Shown in pieces: positions 52,846 through 62,351 of a stretch of 62,773 nt of DNA. Numbering within the stretch: position 1 is the first letter of the stretch; each line of letters opens with the position of its first letter. The stretch comes from Actinomycetota bacterium (lineage in GTDB: Bacteria; Actinomycetota; JAICYB01): contig DATLFR010000075.1 of NCBI GenBank assembly GCA_035540895.1, positions 1 through 62,773 on the forward strand. Direction: 5' to 3'. The notes under the pieces were generated by a model. That model was given only the letters and a program-made list of their open reading frames with translations. It did no database searches and was not told the DNA's origin. Position numbers and translations under genes: made by a program.

Positions 52846-53240
52846 TCAGGACGCGGGGACGAGCCCGCTGCCGTTGGAGCTGACGAACCCCGCCAGATCG
52901 AAGACCCGGCGCAAGTGCGGAGAGGCGCCCCTGACCTCGAGGCGCGCGCCTCGACGGGCGGCCGCGGTGCCCGCCCGGTGGATGAGCCCGATGTTGGAGC
53001 AATCGATGAAGGTGAGCCCCGAGAGATCGAGCACGATGCGGGGGACCCCCCGTCGATCCCTGCGAGCGCGTTCTCGAACGTCTGCTCGGTCGCCATGTCG
53101 AGCTCTCCGCGCAGGGTCAACACGGTCTCACCCGGGACGGCCCTCACCTCGACGGTGAAGTGCGCGAACGTGGTCCGGACCGCGCTCAGACCCAGGCGGA
53201 ACACCGTTCCCGTGCCCTGCTCAGCTCCCGACATGCCCAT
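52846..53240 (-). pseudogene. STAS-domain protein interrupted by a single-base frameshift in a G6/C5 homopolymer tract
   Basis: The N-terminal half (FTVEVRAVPGETVLTLRGELDMATEQTFENALAGIDGG) is in the frame of track ORF 52809..53294. The C-terminal half ((PRI)VLDLSGLTFIDCSNIGLIHRAG...LEVRGASPHLRRVFDLAGF) is in the frame of ORF 52846..53034. The junction lies at 53035..53051. Confidence 0.6.
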
Positions 53241-53381
53241 GACTTCCCTTCCCGGGCCGCTCGAACGAGCGACTCCTCGTGCGCACCTTCGCACCCCCCC
53301 GTCACCCGAGCGTCACCGTCCCGGGGGGCGGGTATCGTGAGCCTGGGAGGTGTGCGGCCACAGGACGGGCCGAGGACCACG

Positions 53382-54122
53382 ATGGATACGAGGCCCGGGG
53401 CGAGGGGGGGGTCTGACCCGTCCCCGGTGCGTCTGGGTCTGCTCGGCGGGTTCCGGTTGAGCATCGAGTCAGAGGTCTTCCCCCTGCCGACGAACTGTCA
53501 GCGCCTGGTCTGCTTCCTCGCCCTGCAGGCGCGTCCCCTGCTCCGGAGCTACGTGAGCGGGTCCCTGTGGTCGGAGGCGAACGAGCAGCGCGCGGGCAGC
53601 AGCCTCCGCTCGGCCCTCACCCGCCTCCGTCATCCCAGGTACTCCCTCGTCGAGGTGACGAGCGATCACATCGAGCTCTCTCCGCTGGTCACGGTCGATC
53701 TCCGGGAGGGAGAGGCTCTCGCCCGGCGTGTGCTCGACCCATCTCAGGAGCTCGACGACCCGGCGGAGCTGGACGACGAGGTGCTGAGCGCCGATCTCCT
53801 CCCGGACTGGACCGAGGACTGGGTCCTGGTCGAGCGGGAGGCCTACCACCAGCTCCGCCTGCGGGCTCTCGAGGCCCTGTGCCGCCGGCTCACTGCTGCC
53901 CGGAGCTTCGGGCAGGCCGTCCAGGCTGGGATGGCGGCCGTGGCGGGGGAGCCGCTGCGTGAGAGCGCCTGGCGGGCGCTGATCGAGGCTCACATCGCGG
54001 CGGGCAACGTGGCGGCCGCGCTGCGGGAGTTCGACGCGTTCCGCGCCCTCCTCTACGACGAGCTGGGACGCGAGCCGTCGAGCGAGATCCGCGCGCTGGT
54101 CGAAGGCCTGAAGCTGAACTGA
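53382..54122 (+). CDS. SARP-family regulator (OmpR-type winged helix plus BTAD), short form
   Basis: VRLGLLGGFRL...LPTNCQRLVCFLAL (DNA-binding) and the BTAD helices LLPDWTEDWVLVEREAYHQLRLRALEAL...AWRALIEAHIAAGNVAAALREFDAFRALLYDELGREPS. Confidence 0.75.
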   Translation: MDTRPGARGGSDPSPVRLGLLGGFRLSIESEVFPLPTNCQRLVCFLALQARPLLRSYVSGSLWSEANEQRAGSSLRSALTRLRHPRYSLVEVTSDHIELSPLVTVDLREGEALARRVLDPSQELDDPAELDDEVLSADLLPDWTEDWVLVEREAYHQLRLRALEALCRRLTAARSFGQAVQAGMAAVAGEPLRESAWRALIEAHIAAGNVAAALREFDAFRALLYDELGREPSSEIRALVEGLKLN

Positions 54123-54143
54123 TCCGGGAGCGGTGACGGTGCG

Positions 54144-54374
54144 GTGACGCGCGCCTGCGACGCTCCATCCATGAAGACCCAGTCAGCCGATCGCACCGGT
54201 TTGCTCATCGTACGTCTGTGGATCGAGGGCAACGCCGAGGATGGGTTCCGGGCCCGCGTGACGCAGACCCTGGACATAGCCGAGACACAAGAGGCGGTGG
54301 AGATGGCGGGCACACCGCAGGCTCTGAGCGCGGTCGTGCAGAGCTGGATCGACCGGTTCGTGGAGTCGAACTAG
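54144..54374 (+). CDS. Small protein of unknown function (66-76 aa)
   Basis: Starts 21 nt after the SARP stop; alternative start ATG 54171. The composition (LLIVRLWIEGNAEDGFRARVTQTLD...VVQSWIDRFVESN) is not shadow-like. Confidence 0.4.
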   Translation: MTRACDAPSMKTQSADRTGLLIVRLWIEGNAEDGFRARVTQTLDIAETQEAVEMAGTPQALSAVVQSWIDRFVESN

Positions 54375-54384
54375 GGACAGCGGT

Positions 54385-55926
54385 TCACGGTCCGGGCGCG
54401 TCCGCTGCCCGCTCGCGCGGGCCAACGCGGATGGCCCGGTTTATCGCGTCCAGGAACGCCCGCGCGGAAGCCTCGACCACGTCCGTGGAAACGCCCCGGC
54501 CCGTCCACCGGTCTCCCTCCACCTCAACCTGGACGGAGACGTCCCCCAGCGCGTCCGTCCCGGCCGTCACGGCCCCGACGTTGAACGAGACCAGCCGTGC
54601 CTCTGCCCCCGTGGCCCTCCGGACCGCGCCGCACGCCGCGTCGATCATCCCGTCTCCCGCCGCGGTCTCGGAGACAGTCTGTCCATCGGCGCTCCGTAGG
54701 GTGACGGTCGCCTTGGCGGAGATCTGGGAGCCGCCCACGACCTCGAGGCTGTCGAACTCCCAGTGGTCGTCCGCCGTCCGCATCTCGTCGGCCACGATGG
54801 CCTCGATATCGGTGTCGGTGATCTGGATCTTGCGGTCCGCCAGCTCCTTGAAACGCTCGAAGGCCCGCTTCAGCTCCTCCGGCGCGAGCTGGTAGCCCAT
54901 CGCCTCGAGCTGGGCGGTGAAGGCGTGTCGTCCGGAGTGCTTGCCCAGGACGATCCGGCCCCCCTCGAGGCCGATCTCGGCGGCGTCCATGATCTCGTAC
55001 GTCATGCGGTCCTGGAGCACGCCGTGCTGATGGATGCCCGACTCGTGCGCGAAGGCGTTGGCGCCCACGATCGCCTTGTTCGGCTGGATCGGGTACCCGG
55101 TGAGCAGGGAGACCATCCGGGAGGTCCGGGCGATCTCGCGCGTGTTCACCTCGACATCGACCCACATCAGCTCGCGGCGTGTGCGGATGGCCATCACGAC
55201 CTCCTCGAGCGAGCAGTTCCCGGCTCGTTCGCCGATCCCGTTCACCGCGACCTCGATCTGTCGCGCCCCGGCCCGGACGGCGGCCAGCGAGTTCGCGACG
55301 GCGAGCCCCAGGTCGTTGTGGCAGTGAACGGACAGCACGACCTCTGTGAGCGCGGGGACCCTCTCGTACAGGTAGCCGATCAGCTCCTCGAACTCGTGCG
55401 GGAGGGTGTACCCCACCGTGTCGGGGATGTTGATCGTCGTCGCGCCGGCCTCGATCGTGGCCTGGACGACCTCGCAGAGGAAGTCGGCGTCGGTGCGCGT
55501 GGCGTCCTGGGGCGAGAACTCGACGTTGGGCGTGTAGCGCTTCGCCCTCCTCACCCCCTCCACCGCCTGGGCGACGATCTGCTCCTCGGAGGCCTGGAGC
55601 ATGTACTTGCGGTGGATGTCCGAGGTCGAGAGGAAGACGTGGATCCGGGGATCGCGCGCGTCGTGTATGGCCTCCCAGGCCCGGTCGATGTCGATGTCCA
55701 CCGTGCGGGCGAGGGCAGCGATCTGGGGGCCCTTCACGTTCTCGGCGATCAACTTCACGGCCTCGAAGTCGCCGTCCGAGGTGATGGGGAACCCGGCTTC
55801 GATGACGTCGACCTGCAGCCGGGCGAGCTGCTCGGCGATCTCCAGCTTCTCCTTCGCGTTCAGGGCGATCCCCGGCGACTGCTCTCCGTCGCGCAGAGTG
55901 GTGTCGAAGATGAAGATCCTGTCCAT
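54385..55926 (-). CDS. leuA: 2-isopropylmalate synthase
   Basis: IFDTTLRDGEQSPG, HCHNDLGLAVANSLAAV, and the C-terminal LeuA allosteric domain. ATGA overlap with the serA stop. Confidence 0.9.
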   Translation of the reverse strand: MDRIFIFDTTLRDGEQSPGIALNAKEKLEIAEQLARLQVDVIEAGFPITSDGDFEAVKLIAENVKGPQIAALARTVDIDIDRAWEAIHDARDPRIHVFLSTSDIHRKYMLQASEEQIVAQAVEGVRRAKRYTPNVEFSPQDATRTDADFLCEVVQATIEAGATTINIPDTVGYTLPHEFEELIGYLYERVPALTEVVLSVHCHNDLGLAVANSLAAVRAGARQIEVAVNGIGERAGNCSLEEVVMAIRTRRELMWVDVEVNTREIARTSRMVSLLTGYPIQPNKAIVGANAFAHESGIHQHGVLQDRMTYEIMDAAEIGLEGGRIVLGKHSGRHAFTAQLEAMGYQLAPEELKRAFERFKELADRKIQITDTDIEAIVADEMRTADDHWEFDSLEVVGGSQISAKATVTLRSADGQTVSETAAGDGMIDAACGAVRRATGAEARLVSFNVGAVTAGTDALGDVSVQVEVEGDRWTGRGVSTDVVEASARAFLDAINRAIRVGPRERAADAPGP

Positions 55927-57521
55927 CAGCCCTCCTCCAGTACGACGAACCGTCCGGACCGGATGCCGGCCGCCTCCATCGCGGCCTCGAGCACCTCCGC
56001 GGGGATGGGCGAGTCGACGGCGAGCGCCATGACCGCGGGCTCCCCGGGGGAGGGAGGCTCCGCGACCACCATGTTCTTGATGTTGATGTCCGCGTCGGCG
56101 AGCGGCCCGGACGCCCGGTGCACCACCCCGGGCCGGTCGTCGTATCGGAAGAAGGCCATGTACCGCGTGAGGGCGATCTCGAGCGGGCGCCCGTCGATCT
56201 CGACCACCCGCTCCTCGTTCGCCCGTCCGACCAGCGTCCCCCCCACCACCACGGGCTCGCCGTCCCGCCGGGCGGTCACCCGGACGAGGTTCGTGTAATC
56301 GGTGCTCGCGGCCGACCGGGTCTCCGTGTAGTCGATGCCGCGGTCGGACGCCACCATCGGTGCGTTCACGTAGGTGACCGGTTCGTGGACGCCCGCCTGC
56401 AGGAACCCTCGCAGGGCGGACAGGGTGAGCACCCGGGTGTCCTCGCTCGCGACCGGACCGTGGTACGCCACCTCGAGCGCGCCCACCCCTTCACCGGCCA
56501 GGGCGGCCACCAGTCGCCCGAGCCGGGTCGCCAACCGCAGGAACGGGCGCAGGAGCTCGGGGAGCTCACCGCCGGCCTCCAGGTTGACGGCGTTGGGCAC
56601 GAACTCGCCGCGCAGGGCGAGCAGCACCTGCTCGGCGGCGATCGTGCCCGCCTTGTCCTGTGCCTCCGCCGTCTGCCCGGCGATGTGCGGGGTCACGACG
56701 ACCCGGTCGAGGCCGAAGAGCGGCGAGTCGGTGAGCGGCTCCGTCTCGAACACGTCGAGGGCGGCGCCCCCGACCTTGCCCGAGGAGATGGCGCGGGCGA
56801 GGGCGTCCTCGTCGACCACCCCGCCGCGCGAGACGTTGACGATCAACACGCCGTCCTTGCAGCGCGCGAGCTCCCGCTCCCCGATCATGTGGTGGGTCTC
56901 GGGCGTCTTGACCACGTGCAGCGAGATGACGTCGGCCTGCTCGAGCAGCTCGTCCATCTCCACCAGGTCGATGCCGAGCCGCTGGGCGCGCTGGGGAGCC
57001 AGGTACGGGTCGCGAGCGATGATCCGCATCCCGAAGGAGTGGCAGCGCTGAGCGACGAGGGTGCCGACGCGGCCGAGACCCACGATCCCGACCACCTTCC
57101 CGCTGAGCTCCACGCCCGCGAACCTCTTCTTCTCCCAGCGGCCGGATGTGAGTGCGGCGTGCGCCTGGGGGATCTGCCGGGCGAGCGCGAGCATCAGGGC
57201 CACCGTGTGCTCCGCCGTCGAGACGATGTTGCCCTGCGGGGTGTTCACGACGACGATGCCCCGCCGGGTGGCCGCGGTCACGTCGACGTTGTCGACACCG
57301 ATCCCAGCGCGCCCGACCACCTTCAACCGGGCTCCCGCGTCGATCACCTCGGAGGTGACCTTCGTCGCCGAACGGATGATCAACCCGTCGTACCCACCGA
57401 TGGCCTCCAGGAGCTCATCGGGGGTCAGGCCGGTGCGTACGTCCACCTCCAGCCCGCCGCCCTCGAGCGTCTCGATGCCCGACGGGGCGATCGACTCGGT
57501 GATCAGGACGCGAGGCTTCAA
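55926..57521 (-). CDS. serA: D-3-phosphoglycerate dehydrogenase (long form with ASB and ACT domains)
   Basis: [15 protein letters not shown] Rossmann motif, and catalytic NVSRGG and TPHIAGQT blocks. I chose start TTG 57521, which overlaps the ilvC stop (TTGA). The upstream 57 codons of the track ORF are Arg/Pro-rich. Confidence 0.85.
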   Translation of the reverse strand: MKPRVLITESIAPSGIETLEGGGLEVDVRTGLTPDELLEAIGGYDGLIIRSATKVTSEVIDAGARLKVVGRAGIGVDNVDVTAATRRGIVVVNTPQGNIVSTAEHTVALMLALARQIPQAHAALTSGRWEKKRFAGVELSGKVVGIVGLGRVGTLVAQRCHSFGMRIIARDPYLAPQRAQRLGIDLVEMDELLEQADVISLHVVKTPETHHMIGERELARCKDGVLIVNVSRGGVVDEDALARAISSGKVGGAALDVFETEPLTDSPLFGLDRVVVTPHIAGQTAEAQDKAGTIAAEQVLLALRGEFVPNAVNLEAGGELPELLRPFLRLATRLGRLVAALAGEGVGALEVAYHGPVASEDTRVLTLSALRGFLQAGVHEPVTYVNAPMVASDRGIDYTETRSAASTDYTNLVRVTARRDGEPVVVGGTLVGRANEERVVEIDGRPLEIALTRYMAFFRYDDRPGVVHRASGPLADADINIKNMVVAEPPSPGEPAVMALAVDSPIPAEVLEAAMEAAGIRSGRFVVLEEG

Positions 57522-58561
57522 CTCCCGTTCCCGCCGGTCTCCCGTCCCGGGCCCGACCCCGGGACGTGCTTGGCGTCGAGCCAGGACATCATCGACCGCA
57601 GCTGCTTCCCGACCTCCTCGATCCGCTGGTCGCGCGCTCGGTGGCGCATGGCCTGGAAGCCGGGCTGTCCGGCCTGGTTCTCGAGGATCCACTCCCGGGC
57701 GAACGCTCCGGACCGCACCTCGTCCAGGATCTCACGCATGCGGGCGCGGGTGTCCTGGTCGATGATCCGGGGGCCGCGGGTGTAGTCGCCGAACTCGGCC
57801 GTGTCCGAGACCGAGTACCGCATCCACGACAGACCGCCTTCGTACATGAGGTCCACGATCAGCTTCAGCTCGTGCAGGCACTCGAAGTACGCGATCTCCG
57901 GCTGGTAACCCGCGTCGACCAGCGTCTCGAAGCCGGCGCGGACGAGCTCGGAGGCGCCGCCGCAGAGGACGACCTGCTCGCCGAAAAGGTCGGTCTCCGT
58001 CTCCTCGGCGAAGGTGGTCTGCAGGACCCCGGCCCGGGTGGCCCCCAGCCCCTTCGCGTACGCGAGCGCCACCTGGAGGGCGTTGCCGGTCGCGTCCTGG
58101 TGGATGGCCACGAGCGACGGCGTACCGGCTCCCTCGGTGAAGGTGCGGCGGACGAGGTGACCGGGCGACTTGGGGGCGATCATCGCGACGTCGACGTCCG
58201 GTGGGGGCACGACCTGCCGGAAGTGGATGTTGAACCCGTGGGCGAAGAAGAGCGCGTTCCCCGCCTCGAGGTACGGCGCGATCGACTCCGCGTAAACCTG
58301 CTTCTGAACCGTGTCCGGGAGCAGGACCATCACCAGGTCCGCCTCCTTGCACGCCTCCTCGGTGCGCAGGACGGTCAGCCCGTCGCTCTCCGCCTGACCC
58401 CAGGACCTCGAGCCCTCGTACAGACCGACCCGCACGTCCATCCCCGAGTCCGACAGGTTCAGCGCGTGCGCGTGTCCCTGGGAGCCGTACCCGATGATCG
58501 CGATGCGCCTGCCTTGGAGGTTCTTCGTGTCCGCGTCACCGTCGTAGAAGATCGTCGCCAT
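57518..58561 (-). CDS. ilvC: Ketol-acid reductoisomerase
   Basis: [21 protein letters not shown] and downstream class I KARI blocks. Confidence 0.92.
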   Translation of the reverse strand: MATIFYDGDADTKNLQGRRIAIIGYGSQGHAHALNLSDSGMDVRVGLYEGSRSWGQAESDGLTVLRTEEACKEADLVMVLLPDTVQKQVYAESIAPYLEAGNALFFAHGFNIHFRQVVPPPDVDVAMIAPKSPGHLVRRTFTEGAGTPSLVAIHQDATGNALQVALAYAKGLGATRAGVLQTTFAEETETDLFGEQVVLCGGASELVRAGFETLVDAGYQPEIAYFECLHELKLIVDLMYEGGLSWMRYSVSDTAEFGDYTRGPRIIDQDTRARMREILDEVRSGAFAREWILENQAGQPGFQAMRHRARDQRIEEVGKQLRSMMSWLDAKHVPGSGPGRETGGNGS

Positions 58562-58570
58562 CTGTGCCTC

Positions 58571-59143
58571 CTAGGCCGTGTCCCGGGCCGTCCGGTGGTG
58601 CTCGTACGCGTCGTGGATCGTGTGGCGGCCCCGGTCGAGCGCGATGAGCCCGGTCTTAACCGTCTCGAGGATGCCGTGCGGCCTGAGCATGTCTATCAGG
58701 GCCTGGAGCTTGTCCGGCGTGCCGGTCGCCTCGAGCGTCAGGGCGGACGGGTCGACGTCGACGATCTTGGACCGGAAGATGTCCGCGATCTCGATGATCT
58801 GGGACCGGGTGCCGGGCTCCGCGGCGACCTTGATCAGCATGAGCTCCCGCTGCACCCCCGCTTCGGCGTGGATCTCCTCGATGTGCAGCACGTTCACGAG
58901 CTTGTCGAGCTGACCGACGATGTGCTCGAGCGGCTTCGCCTCCACCTTCACGACGATGGTCATCCTGGAGATGGAGGGGTCCTCGGTCGGGCCCACCGCG
59001 AGCGACTCGATGTTGAACCCGCGGCGGGCGAACATCCCGGCTATACGGGCCAGCACGCCCGGCCTGTTCTCGACGAGCACCGACAGGGTGTGGACCCCCT
59101 TGCGTCCCTTGTAGGCGCGCTTCTCATAGAGGACGTCCTTCAT
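58571..59143 (-). CDS. ilvN: Acetolactate synthase small (regulatory) subunit
   Basis: ACT domain HTLSVLVENRPGVLARIAGMFARRGFNIESL. Confidence 0.9.
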   Translation of the reverse strand: MKDVLYEKRAYKGRKGVHTLSVLVENRPGVLARIAGMFARRGFNIESLAVGPTEDPSISRMTIVVKVEAKPLEHIVGQLDKLVNVLHIEEIHAEAGVQRELMLIKVAAEPGTRSQIIEIADIFRSKIVDVDPSALTLEATGTPDKLQALIDMLRPHGILETVKTGLIALDRGRHTIHDAYEHHRTARDTA

Positions 59144-59144
59144 C

Positions 59145-60884
59145 TCATGCCTCCTCGTCGAAGAGCGGGCCCATGATGATGTCGTCGTTGGACTGGCCCG
59201 CCGGGACCATCGGGAACACCTTCTCGCCGGGGTCGCACCGGAAGTCGATCACCACCGTGCGGTCGTCGATCGACTGCGCCTTCTCGATGATCGGGTCGAC
59301 CTCGCTCGGGTCGTCGCACCTGAACCCGATCGCGCCGTACGCCTCGGCCAGCTTCACGTAGTCGGGGACGTCCTGGGTCAGATGGATCTGCGAGAAGCGC
59401 CCGTCGTAGAAGAGCTCCTGCCACTGTCGGACCATCCCCAGGTAGGCGTTGTTCATGATCGCGATCTTGACGGGGATCCGTTCCGTGGTCATCGTCGCGA
59501 GCTCCTGGCAGGTCATCTGGAAGCACCCGTCCCCGTCGATCACCCAGACGTCGGAGTCGGGACGCGCCACCTTGGCTCCCATGCCGGCCGGGACCGCGTA
59601 CCCCATCGCGCCCACGCCCCCCGAGTTGATCCAGGTGTTCGGACGCTTGAACCGGATGTACTGCGAAGCCCACATCTGGTGCTGCCCCACCCCGGAGGAG
59701 TAGATAGCGTCGCCGTTCGTCAGCTTCCCGATCCGCTCGATCACGTACTCGGGGACGAGCTGGCCGTTCGCGGAGGTGTCCGGGTAGCGCAGTGGGAAGC
59801 GCTCCTGCCAGTCGCGAAGCTTCGCCCGCCAGCCGCTGAGGTCGGGGGCGCCGCGCTCGGCGTACAGCCGGCGCAGCTCGGCGGTGAGCTGCGGGATGAC
59901 GTGCTTCACGTGGCCGGCGATCCCGACGTCCGCCTGCCGGTTCTTGCCGATCTCGGACGGGTCGATGTCGACGTGGATCACCTTCGCGTTCGGCGCGAAG
60001 GAGCTGAGCGCGCCGGTCACCCGGTCATCGAAGCGGACCCCGAGCGCGATCAGCAGGTCCGTCTCCTGCATGGACCGCACGGCGGTGTAGTTGCCGTGCA
60101 TCCCGGGCATCCCCAGGCACAGCTCGTGGTCGTCCGGGAGCGCTCCACGTCCCATGAGCGTGGTCACCGCGGGGATCCGTGTGAGCTCGGCGAGCTCGCG
60201 CAGCTTCTCGGCCGCGAAACCGCGGACGATCCCACCCCCCGTGTACAGGATCGGCTCCCTGGCCTGCGCGATCGCCTCCGCGGCCCGGCGCACGAGCTCG
60301 GGGTCGCCGGTGGTCGGGGGGCGGTAGCCGGGAAGGTCGATCGCGTCCGGGTACCACCAGCCGAACTCCTCCTGCAGGACGTCCTTCGGGATGTCGACGA
60401 GCACCGGTCCCGGGCGCCCGGTCGCCGCGATGTGGAAGGCCTCCTTGATCACCTGCGGGATGTCCTTCGGGTCCTTCACGAGCCACGAGTGCTTCGTGAT
60501 CGGCATGGTGATCCCGGTGACGTCCGCCTCCTGGAAGGCGTCCCCACCGAGGACGCCGCGGGAGACCTGGCCGGTGATGGCGACGATGGGCACCGAGTCC
60601 ATCCAGGCGGACGCGAGCCCGGTGACGAGGTTGGTCGCGCCCGGACCGCTCGTCGCGAAGCAGACCCCGGGCACCCCGGTCACCTGCGCGTACCCGTCCG
60701 CGGCGTGGGCGGCGCCCTGTTCGTGGCGACACAGGATGTGACGTATCGACGAGTCGAGCAGCGGGTCGTAGGCCGGGAGGATCGTCCCCCCGGGGATCCC
60801 GAATACGTGCCGGACACCCTCGAGCTCGAGCGAGCGGATGAGGGCCTGGGCCCCCGTCACCTGGTCTCCGGCCTTGAACTCCAT
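59145..60884 (-). CDS. ilvB: Acetolactate synthase large subunit
   Basis: TPP enzyme blocks ([44 protein letters not shown]). SD GAAGGAGAG upstream. Confidence 0.92.
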   Translation of the reverse strand: MEFKAGDQVTGAQALIRSLELEGVRHVFGIPGGTILPAYDPLLDSSIRHILCRHEQGAAHAADGYAQVTGVPGVCFATSGPGATNLVTGLASAWMDSVPIVAITGQVSRGVLGGDAFQEADVTGITMPITKHSWLVKDPKDIPQVIKEAFHIAATGRPGPVLVDIPKDVLQEEFGWWYPDAIDLPGYRPPTTGDPELVRRAAEAIAQAREPILYTGGGIVRGFAAEKLRELAELTRIPAVTTLMGRGALPDDHELCLGMPGMHGNYTAVRSMQETDLLIALGVRFDDRVTGALSSFAPNAKVIHVDIDPSEIGKNRQADVGIAGHVKHVIPQLTAELRRLYAERGAPDLSGWRAKLRDWQERFPLRYPDTSANGQLVPEYVIERIGKLTNGDAIYSSGVGQHQMWASQYIRFKRPNTWINSGGVGAMGYAVPAGMGAKVARPDSDVWVIDGDGCFQMTCQELATMTTERIPVKIAIMNNAYLGMVRQWQELFYDGRFSQIHLTQDVPDYVKLAEAYGAIGFRCDDPSEVDPIIEKAQSIDDRTVVIDFRCDPGEKVFPMVPAGQSNDDIIMGPLFDEEA

Positions 60885-60907
60885 GTCGTCTCTCCTTCGC
60901 GACCAAC

Positions 60908-60936
60908 AAAAAACCCCTCGCCGGGTCGACGAGAGG
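60908..60936 (-). terminator. Intrinsic terminator in the ilvB leader (attenuator)
   Basis: The RNA reads CCUCUCG-UCGACCCGG-CGAGGGG (7 bp, one G.U) followed by UUUUUUGUUG. It lies 24 nt upstream of the ilvB ATG. Confidence 0.7.
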
Positions 60937-60963
60937 TCTGGCAGGCGCCGGGGCGGCGCCTGC

Positions 60964-60999
60964 CTACCGAAGTACGATCGAGCTCTTCAGGGTCTTCAT
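60964..60999 (-). promoter_or_regulatory. ilvB leader peptide [14 protein letters not shown]
   Basis: An 11-codon ORF ending in Ile-Val-Leu-Arg. The ATG is 9 nt after the -10 hexamer. The stop codon overlaps a perfect 10-bp hairpin at 60940..60964 (GGCAGGCGCC/GGCGCCUGCC). Confidence 0.6.
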
Positions 61000-61008
61000 C
61001 GAAGACAC

Positions 61009-61037
61009 AGTATGGGAGCGGCGGGCGGGCACGTCAA
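61009..61037 (-). promoter_or_regulatory. Candidate ilvB operon promoter
   Basis: TTGACG (61037..61032), a 17-nt spacer, then CATACT (61014..61009). It directly abuts the stop of the upstream gene. Confidence 0.6.
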
Positions 61038-62321
61038 TCACACCGGGTCGATCCGGTACACCGGCCCCGCGAGCGACATCACGTAGATCTCTCCGACTGC
61101 GTCCTGGCCGAACGCCGACACCTGGGCCGCGTTCACGCCCAGGGACCGATGCCCCACCGCGCGGCCCCCGTCCTGTACGAACGCTCGCAGCTCGCCCTTG
61201 CAGAAGTCGGCGAACACGTACGCCCCCGCCAGGGCGGGGATGCGCTGGCCTCGGTACACGTACCCGCCGGTCACGGCGCAGTGGCCGGCCACCCGCTCGT
61301 ACTCGTATATGGGCAGGACGTGGTCGGCGGGGGCGCTGCCCTGGAACTGACGCGAGCCCTCCAGCCGGTTCCACCCGTAGTTCTCGCCGCCCCTCGACGC
61401 CGCCGCGCGCCAGTTGACCTCCTCGACCGCGTTCTGCCCGACGTCTGCGATGTACAGGTCCTGGTTCGCTCGGTCGAACGAGAACCTCCAAGGGTTGCGC
61501 AGTCCGTACGCCCAGATCTCCCCGCGTGCCCCGGTCCGACCGACGAACGGGTTGTCGGCCGGGATGCTGTAGGCCTGGCTCCCGGCCGGGCGCGGCTCGA
61601 TCCGCAGGATCTTCCCGAGGAGGTTCCCCAGGTCCTGCGCGTTGTTATCCGGGTCGCCGCTCCCGCCTCCGTCGCCCGTCGAGATGTACAGCTTGCCGTC
61701 GCGTCCGAACTGCAGGTCGCCGCCGTTGTGATTGGCGCGGGGCTGGTTCAACCCGAGGACGGCGCGGGCGGTCGAGACGTCGGCACGCCTGTTCGCCCAC
61801 CGGTACTCCCTGATGACCGTGTTGCCGTCGCGGTTCGTGAAGTTCACGTACAGGTACTGACCGTCCGGCGAGAAGGCCAGGCCGAGCAGACCCTGTTCTC
61901 CGCCGGTGGAGACCTCCGACGAGATGTCGAGGACCGCCGACGACTCGACCTGGCCGCCCCTGATGACGCGTATCCGTCCACCCTTCTCGGCCACGTACAG
62001 CGAGTCGTCGTTCGGGGCCACCTGCATAGCGAGCGGCTGGTTGAGGTTGGCCACCTGCGTCAGCCCCACCCGGGCGTCGGCGAGCGACGGTCCGGGAGCC
62101 GGGGTCGGACGCGGCGCGGTGATCCGGCCGGTGGATCGGCTCGCCCCCGGCGACCCCTCCGGGGGCGCCTCGGTCTCCAGGGGGTCCGGTGTGGCGTCGC
62201 TGAGATCCGGGCTCGCCTGGATGCGCCGGGCGTCGTCCGTCTGAGGCTCCCCGCGGCCACAGGCGGCCGTGACGAGCGCGAGCAGACAGCAGGCGGTGGC
62301 CACACGGACTCGGGTCATCAC
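61038..62321 (-). CDS. PQQ-dependent sugar dehydrogenase (soluble glucose/sorbosone dehydrogenase family), lipoprotein
   Basis: Lipobox-like ALVTAAC. Beta-propeller blocks GEQGLLGLAFSPDG, NHNGGDLQFGRDGKLY, GDGGGSGDP, YGLRNPWRFSFD, IADVGQN..EEVN. Confidence 0.8.
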   Translation of the reverse strand: MMTRVRVATACCLLALVTAACGRGEPQTDDARRIQASPDLSDATPDPLETEAPPEGSPGASRSTGRITAPRPTPAPGPSLADARVGLTQVANLNQPLAMQVAPNDDSLYVAEKGGRIRVIRGGQVESSAVLDISSEVSTGGEQGLLGLAFSPDGQYLYVNFTNRDGNTVIREYRWANRRADVSTARAVLGLNQPRANHNGGDLQFGRDGKLYISTGDGGGSGDPDNNAQDLGNLLGKILRIEPRPAGSQAYSIPADNPFVGRTGARGEIWAYGLRNPWRFSFDRANQDLYIADVGQNAVEEVNWRAAASRGGENYGWNRLEGSRQFQGSAPADHVLPIYEYERVAGHCAVTGGYVYRGQRIPALAGAYVFADFCKGELRAFVQDGGRAVGHRSLGVNAAQVSAFGQDAVGEIYVMSLAGPVYRIDPV

Positions 62322-62351
62322 CTGTCCAACGCTACCGCGGGCCGGCCGGTT

